Shown here: piece after piece, positions 1-9,891 of the stretch
Numbering within the stretch: the first letter of the stretch is position 1
Layout: each line of letters starts with the position of its first letter
IMG/VR virus record: IMGVR_UViG_3300027762_000003
Span: 1 to 64,000 of that record
Source: a virus
Strand: one strand, 5' to 3'
DNA: 64,000 nucleotides
Made by a program: the position numbers and the translations under genes
Notes under the pieces: model-generated
Seen by the model: the letters and a program-made list of their open reading frames with translations, nothing else
The model's database searches: none
What the model was told of the DNA's origin: nothing

Positions 1-3000
1 GAGGAAGCCGCCCTACGCTCAATTGAGGAATCAAAGTTCGGAGAGACAGACGTTGAGGAATTGGACAAGTTAGAGGAGGAATCTAAGAAAAAGCAACTCG
101 CTCTATATGATATGAGAGCAGAGATTTCTAAAAAAGAAATGGAATTAAGGGAGGCTCACGTAGCGGAATTGTCTGCTAAATATAAAGAAGAAAGGGAAGT
201 GACTAGCGATCATCATACGCAGATACAGAATCAGCTTGTCGAGTCACTTGAGAAACAAGAGCTTCACTATAAAGATTACAACCTCAAAAATGCCGAACTA
301 AGCAAGATGGCGATGGAAGCAGAACTTGCATCCTATCAGAAGCAACTTGAGGATTTAGCGAAACTTAAGGAGCAAGGAAAAATATCAGACATTGAGTACA
401 ATTCTGGAAGCAAGGAAATAAACAATCAGATCGTAGAAACTGAACGTCAAATACAAGAAGCTAGGCTTAACGAAATTCGGATCGCTTACGAGACGGAGGG
501 AAGCCTAAGAGAGCAATTCAAGGAGATGGCTATTCAAGCCAATGAAGACCAGTTCAGGGAGCAGAACATTTCCCTGGAAGAGTACAACAACCGAGTCAGG
601 GCTATCAACCAAATTAATCTCCAAGAGCGGCAAAAGGAGATAACTATGGAGTTGAATATGCTGATTAAGTCATTCCAGGCTGGGGAATTGGCAGCAACTC
701 AGTATATTCAAAGGAGAGAAGAGCTGGAGAGCGCGGCTAGGGAAATCTCAGGGGAGATTGAGCAACAGAGACTTGATGATTTGAAAGCTTATCATGAACA
801 GGCATTGACCGAAGTTGAAAACTTTAAGGATAAAGCGATTCTTGCTAATGAAGAGCAGTACCGACAGGGATTGATTAGCCGGGAGGATTATAAATCCAGA
901 AGCCTAGAAATCGACACAATCATGAGTTACGAAGTCCTAGAAAATCGCAAGAAGGAGCTAGAGGCTTTAGAGTCATCCTATAAGGCTGGAGAAATTGCAA
1001 CTGAGGGCTATATCGAGAGACGGAAGGAGTTGTCGAACTCAATCAAGGAAGCAGAAGACCAGCTCAATAAGGCTCGAATGGCATCAATTCGTGATTACTA
1101 CACTAAAGCCATCAAAGAGGTCGAGAGATTCACCGAGAATGAGCGACTCGAAGTCAAACGTCAATTGGCGGCCGGTGAAATCGATCGCCGTGAGTACAAT
1201 GAAGCGTTGAAGCAGATTGACCAAAGTGGCTCAGAGGAACGTAAGCGCTGGCTAGAAGCTGAGTTGAAAGCGCTTGAGGATAATAATAAGAAGGGGATTA
1301 TCTCAGTTGAGGACTTTGGCGATCGCAAGGAGGAAATCCTAGAAGAGTTAGGTGATATTGCTGAAGCGCAACTCGACCGTGAGATTGAGAAACTTGAGGA
1401 AGTCGCTAGGGCATATGAGGATAAACTTTCCATTATGGCTGAACAGATGTCGCTACAGGAGTCACTAAACGAATTGGAGATCGTTGAGGCACAAGCGGCG
1501 GGCGCTTCAGATGTACGGATAGAGCAGATGAGGCTTGAACAAGTAAAACAAATTACAGAACTTAAGCGCCAAGAATTAGAAGCACAACTTGCTAAAAACC
1601 TAGCAACGGCTGAGGATGTGGAGCTACAGCGTCAACTCAATGAATTAGCCTTACAACAGTTTGAGGTGAACGCGACAAAGGACATTAAAGGTGCAGAGAT
1701 GGGACTAAGGAATGCATTTGATTCCGCTGATTCCGCAGGCCAAGAAAGGGAGAGTGAACGTTACGAACTAAAAGGGGCTTACCTGGATGATGATATCAAT
1801 AAGTTAGAGCAAATAAACAATCTAAGAGAGGAGGAAACGCAACACATTGAACAATCACGGCAAGCCTTAGAGCAACGTGCAGCGATCGCCCAGTCCAACT
1901 CCCAAATTGTTCTCCAGGGATTAGAGCAACAGGTTGCATTAGCTGACGAACTTCTCAACCTCTTAAACGCCGGTGCAGAGGCGGACAAAATCAGGGCAGA
2001 GATTGCCAGCCAAATTGGACTACCTGCACAGGCTACGGAACTGGAGATTCTCAAGAAAAAATACGAGCTGCAAACTCAAGCTGATGAAGAGAAGCAGCGC
2101 ATGATGGACATGCAGCACCAGTTACAAGACCAGATCCTCCAGTCAGAAAACCAGCAAAACGCGATCGCCGCCGAACGTGCAGTTCAGGAAGCCTTTATCA
2201 ACAACCTGAAATCACAACAAGCGGTAATCTCAGCAGAGGCTGCAATGGCAGAAGCGCGGGCTACTGGTGCATCGGCTGATAAGATTGCAGTGCTTAAAAT
2301 CGGGCTAGACATAGCTAAACGCCAGCTTGATCTATCCGCTCGTCAAGTCGCGTCAGCACAGCAAAACGTGGAGGCAGTCAAGGATCAGAACGCTGCAAGA
2401 CAGACGGCACTTGACTTGCAACAAACAATCGAAAGCTCTGAGCAGAAAGCAACAGCAGAAGCAGCCGATCGCACCGGGCGCTTGGCGATCGCCACAGCCG
2501 AAGCCAAAGAGAACAGCGAGGGTATGGCTGACGCTATGGGCAAAGTTGCCGACAATGCCGGAAAGGCGGCTGATGAGATGGGTGAGGCGGCTGATGAGAT
2601 GGGTAAGGCGGCTGATGCTGCGAAGTCTACATCTACACAGAAGATGGCGTATCAGCGCCCCGATTTAGAGGAGATATCGAAAAAAGAGCTAGAGTTAGCA
2701 GCTAAGATAGCTGAAGCGCAGGGGGATACGGATAAAGCCCGCCAAATAAGAGACCAGATCGCTAGTGAGCAGAGAACACGAGAGCTAGAGGATCTCCAGA
2801 AAGAGGCGCGCTATTTACAAGAGCAGAGAGCGCTTTATTACAGTGAACGTGAGCGCTTTATCAAAGAGCAGACGACGATGGCTCAAAGCCTTGCGCGGGT
2901 AATGCCCGGCTTCTCCGTAGGTGATGCGAACGAAAAAGTATCGCGTATAGTCGAGAATGTATACGGTAAAGAGGGGTTAATGGGAGTAACGCCGGGCGGT

Positions 3001-3249
3001 GGAAAATCCGCTCAGTTACTTAATGAAGCGCTGCAAGGCTTTAACCCCAGCGCTCTTCAGCAAGGCAATAAAGAGATGCAGAAGTCCATGGAAAAGGGCA
3101 ATCAAGACGTGGTACAGGGACTCGATAAAGTTAATGACACTCTCGCAAAAGGTGCTGCGCGCCCCAATAATATCACCATCAACGGAAGCCAGGATACGGG
3201 AGGGGACTTAGAGAAAACACTGGGGGCACTACAGAGGGCACAGCGTTAG
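1..3249 (+). CDS. Tail tape-measure-like coiled-coil protein, 5' end outside window
   Basis: Frame is open from base 1; >1000 aa E/K/Q/A-rich helical protein with internal repeats; C-terminus (NNITING...) resembles tape-measure ends. Confidence 0.7.
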   Translation, partial: EEAALRSIEESKFGETDVEELDKLEEESKKKQLALYDMRAEISKKEMELREAHVAELSAKYKEEREVTSDHHTQIQNQLVESLEKQELHYKDYNLKNAELSKMAMEAELASYQKQLEDLAKLKEQGKISDIEYNSGSKEINNQIVETERQIQEARLNEIRIAYETEGSLREQFKEMAIQANEDQFREQNISLEEYNNRVRAINQINLQERQKEITMELNMLIKSFQAGELAATQYIQRREELESAAREISGEIEQQRLDDLKAYHEQALTEVENFKDKAILANEEQYRQGLISREDYKSRSLEIDTIMSYEVLENRKKELEALESSYKAGEIATEGYIERRKELSNSIKEAEDQLNKARMASIRDYYTKAIKEVERFTENERLEVKRQLAAGEIDRREYNEALKQIDQSGSEERKRWLEAELKALEDNNKKGIISVEDFGDRKEEILEELGDIAEAQLDREIEKLEEVARAYEDKLSIMAEQMSLQESLNELEIVEAQAAGASDVRIEQMRLEQVKQITELKRQELEAQLAKNLATAEDVELQRQLNELALQQFEVNATKDIKGAEMGLRNAFDSADSAGQERESERYELKGAYLDDDINKLEQINNLREEETQHIEQSRQALEQRAAIAQSNSQIVLQGLEQQVALADELLNLLNAGAEADKIRAEIASQIGLPAQATELEILKKKYELQTQADEEKQRMMDMQHQLQDQILQSENQQNAIAAERAVQEAFINNLKSQQAVISAEAAMAEARATGASADKIAVLKIGLDIAKRQLDLSARQVASAQQNVEAVKDQNAARQTALDLQQTIESSEQKATAEAADRTGRLAIATAEAKENSEGMADAMGKVADNAGKAADEMGEAADEMGKAADAAKSTSTQKMAYQRPDLEEISKKELELAAKIAEAQGDTDKARQIRDQIASEQRTRELEDLQKEARYLQEQRALYYSERERFIKEQTTMAQSLARVMPGFSVGDANEKVSRIVENVYGKEGLMGVTPGGGKSAQLLNEALQGFNPSALQQGNKEMQKSMEKGNQDVVQGLDKVNDTLAKGAARPNNITINGSQDTGGDLEKTLGALQRAQR

Positions 3250-3331
3250 ACTGCGTTTAATAGCGGAAAAACCCACTAACAGATGGATTCATACTCTGAC
3301 GGATCAATTTTAAATCTTGCCATATGTAATT

Positions 3332-3628
3332 CTAAAGCCTCTGCTGAGTAGACGTAAACTTCACGCCGTTCCTGTGCGCGAGTTTCTGCACTTTTGAGTA
3401 GCGCAAGGATAACAGGTGCGCTACATCGCCTATGGTGTAACCGTCCTTGGCATATCGCGCAATCTGGGAAAGCAGCCGGCGATCGCGCTCATCCCTGAGC
3501 TGCTGCAATACGATTCCGTACTCCTTGCATTTTTGATGCACTCTCTGGCGGCTTACGGATTCTCGCCTACCTATTTCTGCCAGAGAGACCCCTTCAAGAA
3601 TTAATGACTCTATCTCTGATTTATTCAC
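3332..3628 (-). CDS. Double HTH DNA-binding protein (sigma-4-like)
   Basis: GVSLAEIGRRESVSRQRVHQ and GYTIGDVAHLLSLRYSKVQK helix-turn-helix patterns. Confidence 0.65.
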   Translation of the reverse strand: MNKSEIESLILEGVSLAEIGRRESVSRQRVHQKCKEYGIVLQQLRDERDRRLLSQIARYAKDGYTIGDVAHLLSLRYSKVQKLAHRNGVKFTSTQQRL

Positions 3629-3866
3629 TCATCAACCTCCCAGACGCTGGAATGCTGTGGAACTCACAGCAGGATGCTGTGGAACCACATTCGTACCATC
3701 CATCCTCTCTAAGGTGGTAATAACGCCCGCTGCCTGGTACTCCAGTTATTAGGTAAGGATGGGATTGGTCACCATCCCCCTCTAGTACCGCCATACGCAG
3801 ACTTAACCTTTCCGCGACCTCATGAGGAAACTCAATTTCATGAGGAAACTCAATACTATTCATCAT
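3621..3866 (-). CDS. Hypothetical protein
   Basis: Overlaps both neighbours in a minus-strand operon; 18-bp tandem duplication (IEFPHE x2). Confidence 0.5.
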   Translation of the reverse strand: MMNSIEFPHEIEFPHEVAERLSLRMAVLEGDGDQSHPYLITGVPGSGRYYHLREDGWYECGSTASCCEFHSIPASGRLMSE

Positions 3867-4197
3867 CTTCTCCTTCAAAAATTTGGTGAATCCGCTCCCA
3901 AAATTCCGGACACTGATCGTCCTCTGGGTAGAAGCACCCTGAAGTCTCTACCAGTTTCCGGGCTATTCCTTGCCCAAGGAACTCATCCTTGACTTCTATA
4001 GCTACGCACCTCCAATCCCCATTGATTATCATGTATCCTACGGGGATGCCGTCGGATAGCGCTACATAGTAGTCGGGGCAACCACCATACCCGTCTTCGG
4101 TGAGTTCCTCTTCCGTAAGGAAAAGCATTGCCCATTCAGCGATCTGGGCGGATTCTTCTTGGGAAATTCTATTGTGGACGTGGATTTCGATGCTCAT
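3856..4197 (-). CDS. GNAT-family acetyltransferase
   Basis: IEVKDEFLGQGIARKLV acetyl-CoA-binding motif A; GAGGT SD before ATG 4197. Confidence 0.7.
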   Translation of the reverse strand: MSIEIHVHNRISQEESAQIAEWAMLFLTEEELTEDGYGGCPDYYVALSDGIPVGYMIINGDWRCVAIEVKDEFLGQGIARKLVETSGCFYPEDDQCPEFWERIHQIFEGEDDE

Positions 4198-4265
4198 GGT
4201 ACTTACCTCGTTTTGTTTATCGAACGTGCGCAAAACCGCCTCACCTACAAGGGGATGGGGTTAAC

Positions 4266-4847
4266 TTAGATATTGATATTGTCCCGATTTTCTATCCACC
4301 ATTTAGCGGATAAGGGAATCTCCTTACCGGACTTCCAAGCAAGAGCAATTTCCTCCAAATTTTGGAGGGCAATATCGCTTGCCCATTTTTTCTGTTTGTC
4401 GGAACCCTGGAAGGGATTTGACTCTACCCAGTGGAGAGCGTCCTCCACATCCGATTCATCGGGTTCAGATTCATCGGGATTGTTGTCTTCACCGTCAAAA
4501 ATAGCTCCGTAAGTATCATCGTTGTCATCTACCTCCTTGAGGTAGTGATAATAGATCTGCTCTTCCCATGCTTTTTGCCCAGATAAAGGACGGGAATCAT
4601 CGAGTGCTTCTGTTGAGAACAGAAGCAAAGTCTTCCCTTGCGGGATTTTTGAAGTTGGGTGCGCAATGTCTGATTTTTGGAAGATAAACTTCCCTTCAAA
4701 CTTGCGCTTTACGGCATTAGCAACTTTATGGCAACCAGGCTGGTCGCCATGTAAGGAGATAAGCTTATTGAGCAAGCGCTCGTAAGCGCTCGTTTCGGCT
4801 TCTGGGCAAAGAAGCCGATAGGGTTGTGGGCGTGGTCGGGATATCAT
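4266..4847 (-). CDS. Hypothetical phage protein
   Basis: 193-aa ORF with SD, directly behind a consensus promoter; C-terminal GSDKQKKWA...AKWWIENR motif common in phage proteins. Confidence 0.65.
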   Translation of the reverse strand: MISRPRPQPYRLLCPEAETSAYERLLNKLISLHGDQPGCHKVANAVKRKFEGKFIFQKSDIAHPTSKIPQGKTLLLFSTEALDDSRPLSGQKAWEEQIYYHYLKEVDDNDDTYGAIFDGEDNNPDESEPDESDVEDALHWVESNPFQGSDKQKKWASDIALQNLEEIALAWKSGKEIPLSAKWWIENRDNINI

Positions 4848-4860
4848 GGCGTTTACCTCG

Positions 4861-4905
4861 TTTTGTCTATATCTCCATAATAGTCAAACGTTCCGCAATT
4901 GTCAA
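4861..4905 (-). promoter_or_regulatory. Sigma70-type promoter of a repeated family (TTGACA-N17-TATTAT + AGATATAGACAAAA)
   Basis: Minus strand TTGACA ATTGCGGAACGTTTGAC TATTAT GGAGATATAGACAAAA; same architecture at 10 other sites. Confidence 0.8.
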
Positions 4906-4963
4906 GCAATTCCTAAAACTCTCAGAAAGTGGGACAATAGCAACGACAGAGTGGAATCGGTAA

Positions 4964-6292
4964 TTAACCGATTGAACTCTTAACCAGGTTCCTGAACCGG
5001 GCGAACTCTGCATCAAAGAGTAGTTTGACAACGCCGGTCGGGCCGTTCCGATGCTTGGCGATGATGACTTCAGCGATCGCCCTGTCAGTTGTTTCAGGAT
5101 TGTAATACTCATCCCGATAGAGCATGATGATCAGATCCGCCTCCTGCTCAATACCTCCACTTTCCCGAAGATCCGACATGATGGGGCGCTTGTTTGTTCG
5201 GGATTCTACGGCTCGACTTAGTTGGGATAGTGCGATGATGGGGACATTCAATTCTCTGGCTAATCCTTTTAGTTGCCGGGTAATTTTAGACAACTCCTGA
5301 ACCCTGTTATCGCTCCCACCTTCCATTAGCTGTAGGTAGTCGATTATGACCAGACCAATATCGCCCTTTTCAGCCTTTAGCTGACGTAGCTGGCTCTTCA
5401 TTTGATTAACGGTAACGTTGGGTGAATCCTCAATACAGATAGGTAATTCAGCAAGTCTAGTATGGGCGTTAATGATCTCCTCCCACTCGTTTTCCGTTAT
5501 CCGTCCCGATTTGATTCGAGTCCCTTCTATTTGGGTCTCGTTGGAAAGTAAGCGAAGCGCTAGTTGCTCCTTGCTCATCTCTAGGGAGAAGATTGCGACA
5601 ACTTGCTCCTCTGCGTAGGCTGAGACGCTACGGGCGATCGACATTGCGAAGGCGGTCTTGCCCATTGACGGACGACCAGCGAGAATAATCAAATCCCCCC
5701 TCTGGAAGCCTGCGGTCATTGCGTCAAGATCGTAGAATCCACAGGGAATTCCTGGGGATATCTGATGAGTTGCTCTAGCTTGCATCTCTTGGTAAGTGCG
5801 GGATAGAGTATCCTCTAGCCACTCAAACCCTGTACGCTTTTGCTCTTGGGCAATATCAAAGATTGCCCCTTGAGATTTTTCCAGAACCTCTGAAGCTGGC
5901 ATTGAAGTATCATAGCCGTACCCGTTAATGCGGTGGGATGCAGTGATAACCTGACGGCGGAGGTATTTATCCATGACAAGCTTGGCGTACTCATCAATAT
6001 TAACCGCGTGAACCGTTGTGTTGATGAGGTGGAGTATTTTATTTGCTCCTCCAATCTTTTCTAGATTGTGATTGTCCTCCAGCTCGGTTCTCACGGTCAT
6101 GAAATCCACTGGAATATCTTGTGCCCATAGTTTGAGCGCTGCCAGGTAAATAATTTTATGTGCTTGTACGCTGAATGATTCCGGGTCTAGGGTGTCGGCA
6201 ATGCGCCCGATCGCCTCCCTATCCATCAGCACGCCACCTAGGATTGCCTCTTCCGCTTCAAGATTGTGTGGGGGGAGTTGTTCTTTCATCAT
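4964..6292 (-). CDS. dnaB: Replicative DNA helicase DnaB
   Basis: LPPHNLEAEEAILG N-terminus, AGRPSMGKT Walker A, FSLEM, IIDYLQL, LSQLSR, SDLRESGGIEQEAD, IIAKHRNGPTG. Confidence 0.97.
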   Translation of the reverse strand: MMKEQLPPHNLEAEEAILGGVLMDREAIGRIADTLDPESFSVQAHKIIYLAALKLWAQDIPVDFMTVRTELEDNHNLEKIGGANKILHLINTTVHAVNIDEYAKLVMDKYLRRQVITASHRINGYGYDTSMPASEVLEKSQGAIFDIAQEQKRTGFEWLEDTLSRTYQEMQARATHQISPGIPCGFYDLDAMTAGFQRGDLIILAGRPSMGKTAFAMSIARSVSAYAEEQVVAIFSLEMSKEQLALRLLSNETQIEGTRIKSGRITENEWEEIINAHTRLAELPICIEDSPNVTVNQMKSQLRQLKAEKGDIGLVIIDYLQLMEGGSDNRVQELSKITRQLKGLARELNVPIIALSQLSRAVESRTNKRPIMSDLRESGGIEQEADLIIMLYRDEYYNPETTDRAIAEVIIAKHRNGPTGVVKLLFDAEFARFRNLVKSSIG

Positions 6293-6303
6293 CTCTGTTT
6301 TGT

Positions 6304-6543
6304 CTAAAAATAAGATTGTCGCTCTGATCGACACAAAGGGTGGCTTGCAAAATATAGGGAGCCAAGCGTGTCAACAATGTACTCGGTCGATTCATTTGTC
6401 CGGACTTTGAACCGGATTGGAGTGTACCAGCCTAATTGCCCCTTGAGAGAAGCGTATGTAAAACAAGCTGTCCTGCTGTGAATCTTGACCGCTTTAATTC
6501 CAGACTCGCTGGTGTATTCCTTTCCAATTTCAAATCTTTTCAT
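6304..6543 (-). CDS. Hypothetical protein
   Basis: 79-aa ORF overlapping the upstream gene in an operon. Confidence 0.5.
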   Translation of the reverse strand: MKRFEIGKEYTSESGIKAVKIHSRTACFTYASLKGQLGWYTPIRFKVRTNESTEYIVDTLGSLYFASHPLCRSERQSYF

Positions 6544-6919
6544 TGTTTTGTCCGGCTATTTTTTGAAACTCATCAAAATTGTCATCAATCCAATTGAGGC
6601 ACTTCACAATCACGTCACCGTGACAGTCCTGGGGCTTGCAGTAGCATACAAGTTGCACCCCGTTGGGGTAGCGATCACTCTGCACTTTTTGCCGAATTGC
6701 CCTCAATTCCCGAATCACTGTGCGATCGCCTAAGCAGATTCTCTCGTAAAGCCATACCCTGTACTTGCGGACAACTTGTTGGCGATCGCCGTCTTCCCCA
6801 ATAGTGAACGGATTGGCGAGGGGGGATTTTCTCAGTCCCAATTTGTAGTTAGACCGCCCGATGTAAATCTTACCCTTCCCAGTCCATCCTGATTTGTAAC
6901 CATTGGTAACTCGGTACAT
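6530..6919 (-). CDS. DUF4326-family protein
   Basis: IYIGR...SPLANPF...LVCYCKPQDCHGDVI signature. Confidence 0.85.
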   Translation of the reverse strand: MYRVTNGYKSGWTGKGKIYIGRSNYKLGLRKSPLANPFTIGEDGDRQQVVRKYRVWLYERICLGDRTVIRELRAIRQKVQSDRYPNGVQLVCYCKPQDCHGDVIVKCLNWIDDNFDEFQKIAGQNNEKI

Positions 6920-6921
6920 CT

Positions 6922-7374
6922 TTAGATGTTAATCATTGGGATGATACGACTGCTGTAGTCATGATTGAACTGGTTCCAATATTGCTCTCTCTCGTGAATT
7001 AAGTATTCAGCGATTTGTTTCGTAAACGGGACTGCGTTTACTTCCTTTGCCGCTATTTTTTTTGCAGCGTCAAGAGTTAAAACAGAGAATCCGTGTAACC
7101 TTACAGGATCAATCGCTTTCAAGTCAAAGCAGATCCTGTTTGAGCCATACAAGTAATAGTAAATACCTTCCGGAATTTTATACACAAATGTGTATCCGTC
7201 ATACATCCATCTTCCATCTTTAATTTCTGTTTTTGTTACTCCGATCTGCGATGTCCCTTTTGAGTAAACAAGCCAGAACCCTGGTTCAACTTCAGATTCT
7301 CTAGAGGAAGCTAGACTGGGAATGTGGGAAACAAGCGCCCATCCTCTTTGCGCTGGCGATAATGCTTTAATCAT
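6922..7374 (-). CDS. Hypothetical protein
   Basis: 150-aa ORF with ATGA overlap to the upstream MTase. Confidence 0.6.
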   Translation of the reverse strand: MIKALSPAQRGWALVSHIPSLASSRESEVEPGFWLVYSKGTSQIGVTKTEIKDGRWMYDGYTFVYKIPEGIYYYLYGSNRICFDLKAIDPVRLHGFSVLTLDAAKKIAAKEVNAVPFTKQIAEYLIHEREQYWNQFNHDYSSRIIPMINI

Positions 7375-8036
7375 GACTGGTTCTCCTGTCTATTTTGCTT
7401 TACTTGTACGTTACCAATGTCTTCAAAACTATCTTTAAACCTATCAACATCATCTCCTAAATAAAGGAAATCGTTGTAGTACCGTGGTGATTTTTCTTGA
7501 ATGCCTTCCGGAGAAATAAACGCTATCCGCTTGTAGGCTTCACAGATAGCGGAACACTGAGACTTCCACTTCAGATACCACGCAGCCCCGGTTCGATTAA
7601 GAAGTAGGATCGCGCTCTCTATACGCCCTTGTCGGTAAGAGTAGATAGCTTTTTCGAGGAAGGCTTGTTGGAGATTTCCGTAAGGGGGATTACACCAAAC
7701 TTGCCCTACCCACTGATGGTTTAATCCGTCGGTTTCTTGGGTATAGAATTTCCTGGCTTTTATCCACTCTTGAGCTATTAAGTTGGAAGCTGGATCTGTG
7801 TAAATTCCCCCCATGACCTTCCTGGCTTTCTCGATATATTCAGGAGGTGTGTACCACTCAACGGTCTGCTCCTTTCTCCACCCAATACTATCGGAGATGG
7901 CGGCGATCGCCTCATAGTGCTTTACTACCTTCTCTAATTCGTAGTATCGCGCTAATTCGGATTGAGGAACCGGCGATTGCTCTCGCTCTTTTTTGATGCG
8001 CTTCATCTCATCTAGCGCTTGTCTTTTAGTAATCAT
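7371..8036 (-). CDS. Phage Dam-like DNA N6-adenine methyltransferase
   Basis: EWYTPPEY, TDPAS, DGL, VWCNPPY motifs. Confidence 0.85.
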   Translation of the reverse strand: MITKRQALDEMKRIKKEREQSPVPQSELARYYELEKVVKHYEAIAAISDSIGWRKEQTVEWYTPPEYIEKARKVMGGIYTDPASNLIAQEWIKARKFYTQETDGLNHQWVGQVWCNPPYGNLQQAFLEKAIYSYRQGRIESAILLLNRTGAAWYLKWKSQCSAICEAYKRIAFISPEGIQEKSPRYYNDFLYLGDDVDRFKDSFEDIGNVQVKQNRQENQS

Positions 8037-8045
8037 TCCAAGTAA

Positions 8046-8249
8046 TCATTCCAACTCGCTATCTTTTCCCCAAAAGAGTCTATACAAAATTTCTTGAATT
8101 TCGTTATGTTCCTCTTCATATTTCTCTAGCCGTTCAAACAACTCAGGAGATATGTTAACAGCTGAAGGATTTCCAGGCTTTGCTTCATAGAATTCATAAA
8201 GATACCTTTCTTGTTCGCGCACTTCGATAAATTTAGGCTCTTCAACCAT
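8046..8249 (-). CDS. Hypothetical protein
   Basis: 67-aa ORF with GAGGT SD, coupled in operon. Confidence 0.5.
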   Translation of the reverse strand: MVEEPKFIEVREQERYLYEFYEAKPGNPSAVNISPELFERLEKYEEEHNEIQEILYRLFWGKDSELE

Positions 8250-9021
8250 AGTTAGCTACCTCTAGAAACTCTTGCAAAAAGACCGCCCCCAGTTGGGGGA
8301 CTATGGCGTTTCCGTAGCCACGCAGGGCATCTAATCGCCCCACTCTTTGGGATAGCCCATCAACCATCGGATGAATTCCGGGTTTAATGGGGCGGGCTTT
8401 CCCGTCGGAACACCTAACCCACTCTGGATTATCCCAGATATCAAACCTCGAATCTTTCTCAGCCCTACAGAATCCCCGGCTCCACTGTTTCCGTTCTGGG
8501 GTGGGGTTAGTGATGTGGGTGTTGGCCACAGCGCCCCAGTACAGCCGGTCGCGCTTATGGTAGGCTCCGACAGATGAAGCCGGTAGAGCGATCGCCGCGA
8601 CGGCGTAACCAATTCCTTCCAAGTCGCGTGCCACTTTATCCCACCATTTAAGGGCAGTATTTGAAACAACCTGCTCTCCAACGAGGATTGGAGGGCGACA
8701 CTGTTCAACGAGATTAAAGAAGACTGGCCACAGGTGGCGACGGTCGGTGAATCCCCTTTGGTAGCCTGCCCTTGAAAACGGCTGGCAAGGGAGACTTGCC
8801 GTCCAGATGGGGAAGTTTTGAGGGATGCCTGCCATATCGCAAGAGAGTGGCCATCCTCCAATACCACAGAAGAAGTGGCATTGAGTAAATTCAATAAGCT
8901 GAGTTGACGTGACTTCATTGATGTCAGCCTCCAGGACTTTGCCTGGAGGTAGTGTTTTATTTTGTGTGAGCAATCGCATCTTTTCACAGCATTTGTGGGA
9001 GCGATCGGTATAGAGAATCAT
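8242..9021 (-). CDS. DNA (cytosine-5)-methyltransferase, alpha chain (motifs I-VIII and X)
   Basis: FFCGIGG (I), SLPCQPFS (IV), GEQV (VI), HKRDRLYW (VIII), LRGYGNAIVP (X); motif IX absent. Confidence 0.9.
   Translation of the reverse strand: MILYTDRSHKCCEKMRLLTQNKTLPPGKVLEADINEVTSTQLIEFTQCHFFCGIGGWPLSCDMAGIPQNFPIWTASLPCQPFSRAGYQRGFTDRRHLWPVFFNLVEQCRPPILVGEQVVSNTALKWWDKVARDLEGIGYAVAAIALPASSVGAYHKRDRLYWGAVANTHITNPTPERKQWSRGFCRAEKDSRFDIWDNPEWVRCSDGKARPIKPGIHPMVDGLSQRVGRLDALRGYGNAIVPQLGAVFLQEFLEVANYG
8331..8918 (-). CDS. Overlapping-frame beta subunit of the C5 methyltransferase (motif IX); start uncertain
   Basis: Alternative frame open over about 650 nt inside the MTase, ending LWPTPT...LNPEFIRWLMGYPKEW. 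Confidence 0.7.
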   Translation of the reverse strand: MKSRQLSLLNLLNATSSVVLEDGHSLAIWQASLKTSPSGRQVSLASRFQGQATKGDSPTVATCGQSSLISLNSVALQSSLESRLFQILPLNGGIKWHATWKELVTPSRRSLYRLHLSEPTISATGCTGALWPTPTSLTPPQNGNSGAGDSVGLRKIRGLISGIIQSGLGVPTGKPAPLNPEFIRWLMGYPKEWGD

Positions 9022-9054
9022 TTTTTGGTTTTGGATTCCTGTTTAGGTGTCGCT

Positions 9055-9891
9055 TTAGCCATGATCAAATAATTCCACATGATCAAATAATTCCAATTGT
9101 TTACTACGTTTACCAGTACGATCACACACCCAAAGAACTTCTACTCGCTTCTCCCTGTGGTGTTGACTGGCGCTTGTATATGTCGGGATTTCGATTCTCT
9201 CTTGAGCGCTTAAAGGTTCAACGTTTTGCGCGTAGTTACTCAAGATATAGGATGACTTGCACTGATCAAGCTCAAAACATAATGATGCCCAATCCTGTGC
9301 CGTGTATCCCTTGTAGTGTCCTTGGTCATATCCAGGATAAGGTGGATCGATATAGATCAGTGTCTCCGGTGAGTCCCACCGTTTAATACAGTCAATCGCA
9401 TCACGACAAGCGATCGCCACATTACTTAATCTCTTCAGACATTGACCTAATACACTCTTCTTATTTGCCCAAGTATGGGATTGGAATTTACCCCTAACTG
9501 AGGTCTTCCACCCACCGTTTAGATCATGGGAAAAAGACTGCATAACTGCGACATAGTAAGCCCATGCTCGTTCCAGATCGGCGTATAATCCTGGATCTTC
9601 GAGAATCTCCTTAGCTCGACGGTGTTCAGCTTCTGAATAGGGGGTAAGCTCAATTAATCGCTCTAGTTCGGTAGGGAGCGATCGCGCTACTCTATACAGG
9701 TTAATCAAATCAGAAGATTTATCGTTGATAATCTCCTGTTTTGATGGTTTCTTTCTAAAGAAAACCGCCCCACCGCCAAAGAACGGTTCAAGATAGTTGA
9801 CATGGGGTATCGAGTCAACTATAGGGAGGATGTGGTGTGCAATTCTTTGCTTTCCTCCGTAGTAGGTTATCAATGGGGTCATCGGGGTCAT
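9055..9891 (-). CDS. D12-class DNA N6-adenine methyltransferase
   Basis: YYGGKQ, EPFFGGGAV, IIND, YIDPPY. Confidence 0.92.
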   Translation of the reverse strand: MTPMTPLITYYGGKQRIAHHILPIVDSIPHVNYLEPFFGGGAVFFRKKPSKQEIINDKSSDLINLYRVARSLPTELERLIELTPYSEAEHRRAKEILEDPGLYADLERAWAYYVAVMQSFSHDLNGGWKTSVRGKFQSHTWANKKSVLGQCLKRLSNVAIACRDAIDCIKRWDSPETLIYIDPPYPGYDQGHYKGYTAQDWASLCFELDQCKSSYILSNYAQNVEPLSAQERIEIPTYTSASQHHREKRVEVLWVCDRTGKRSKQLELFDHVELFDHG

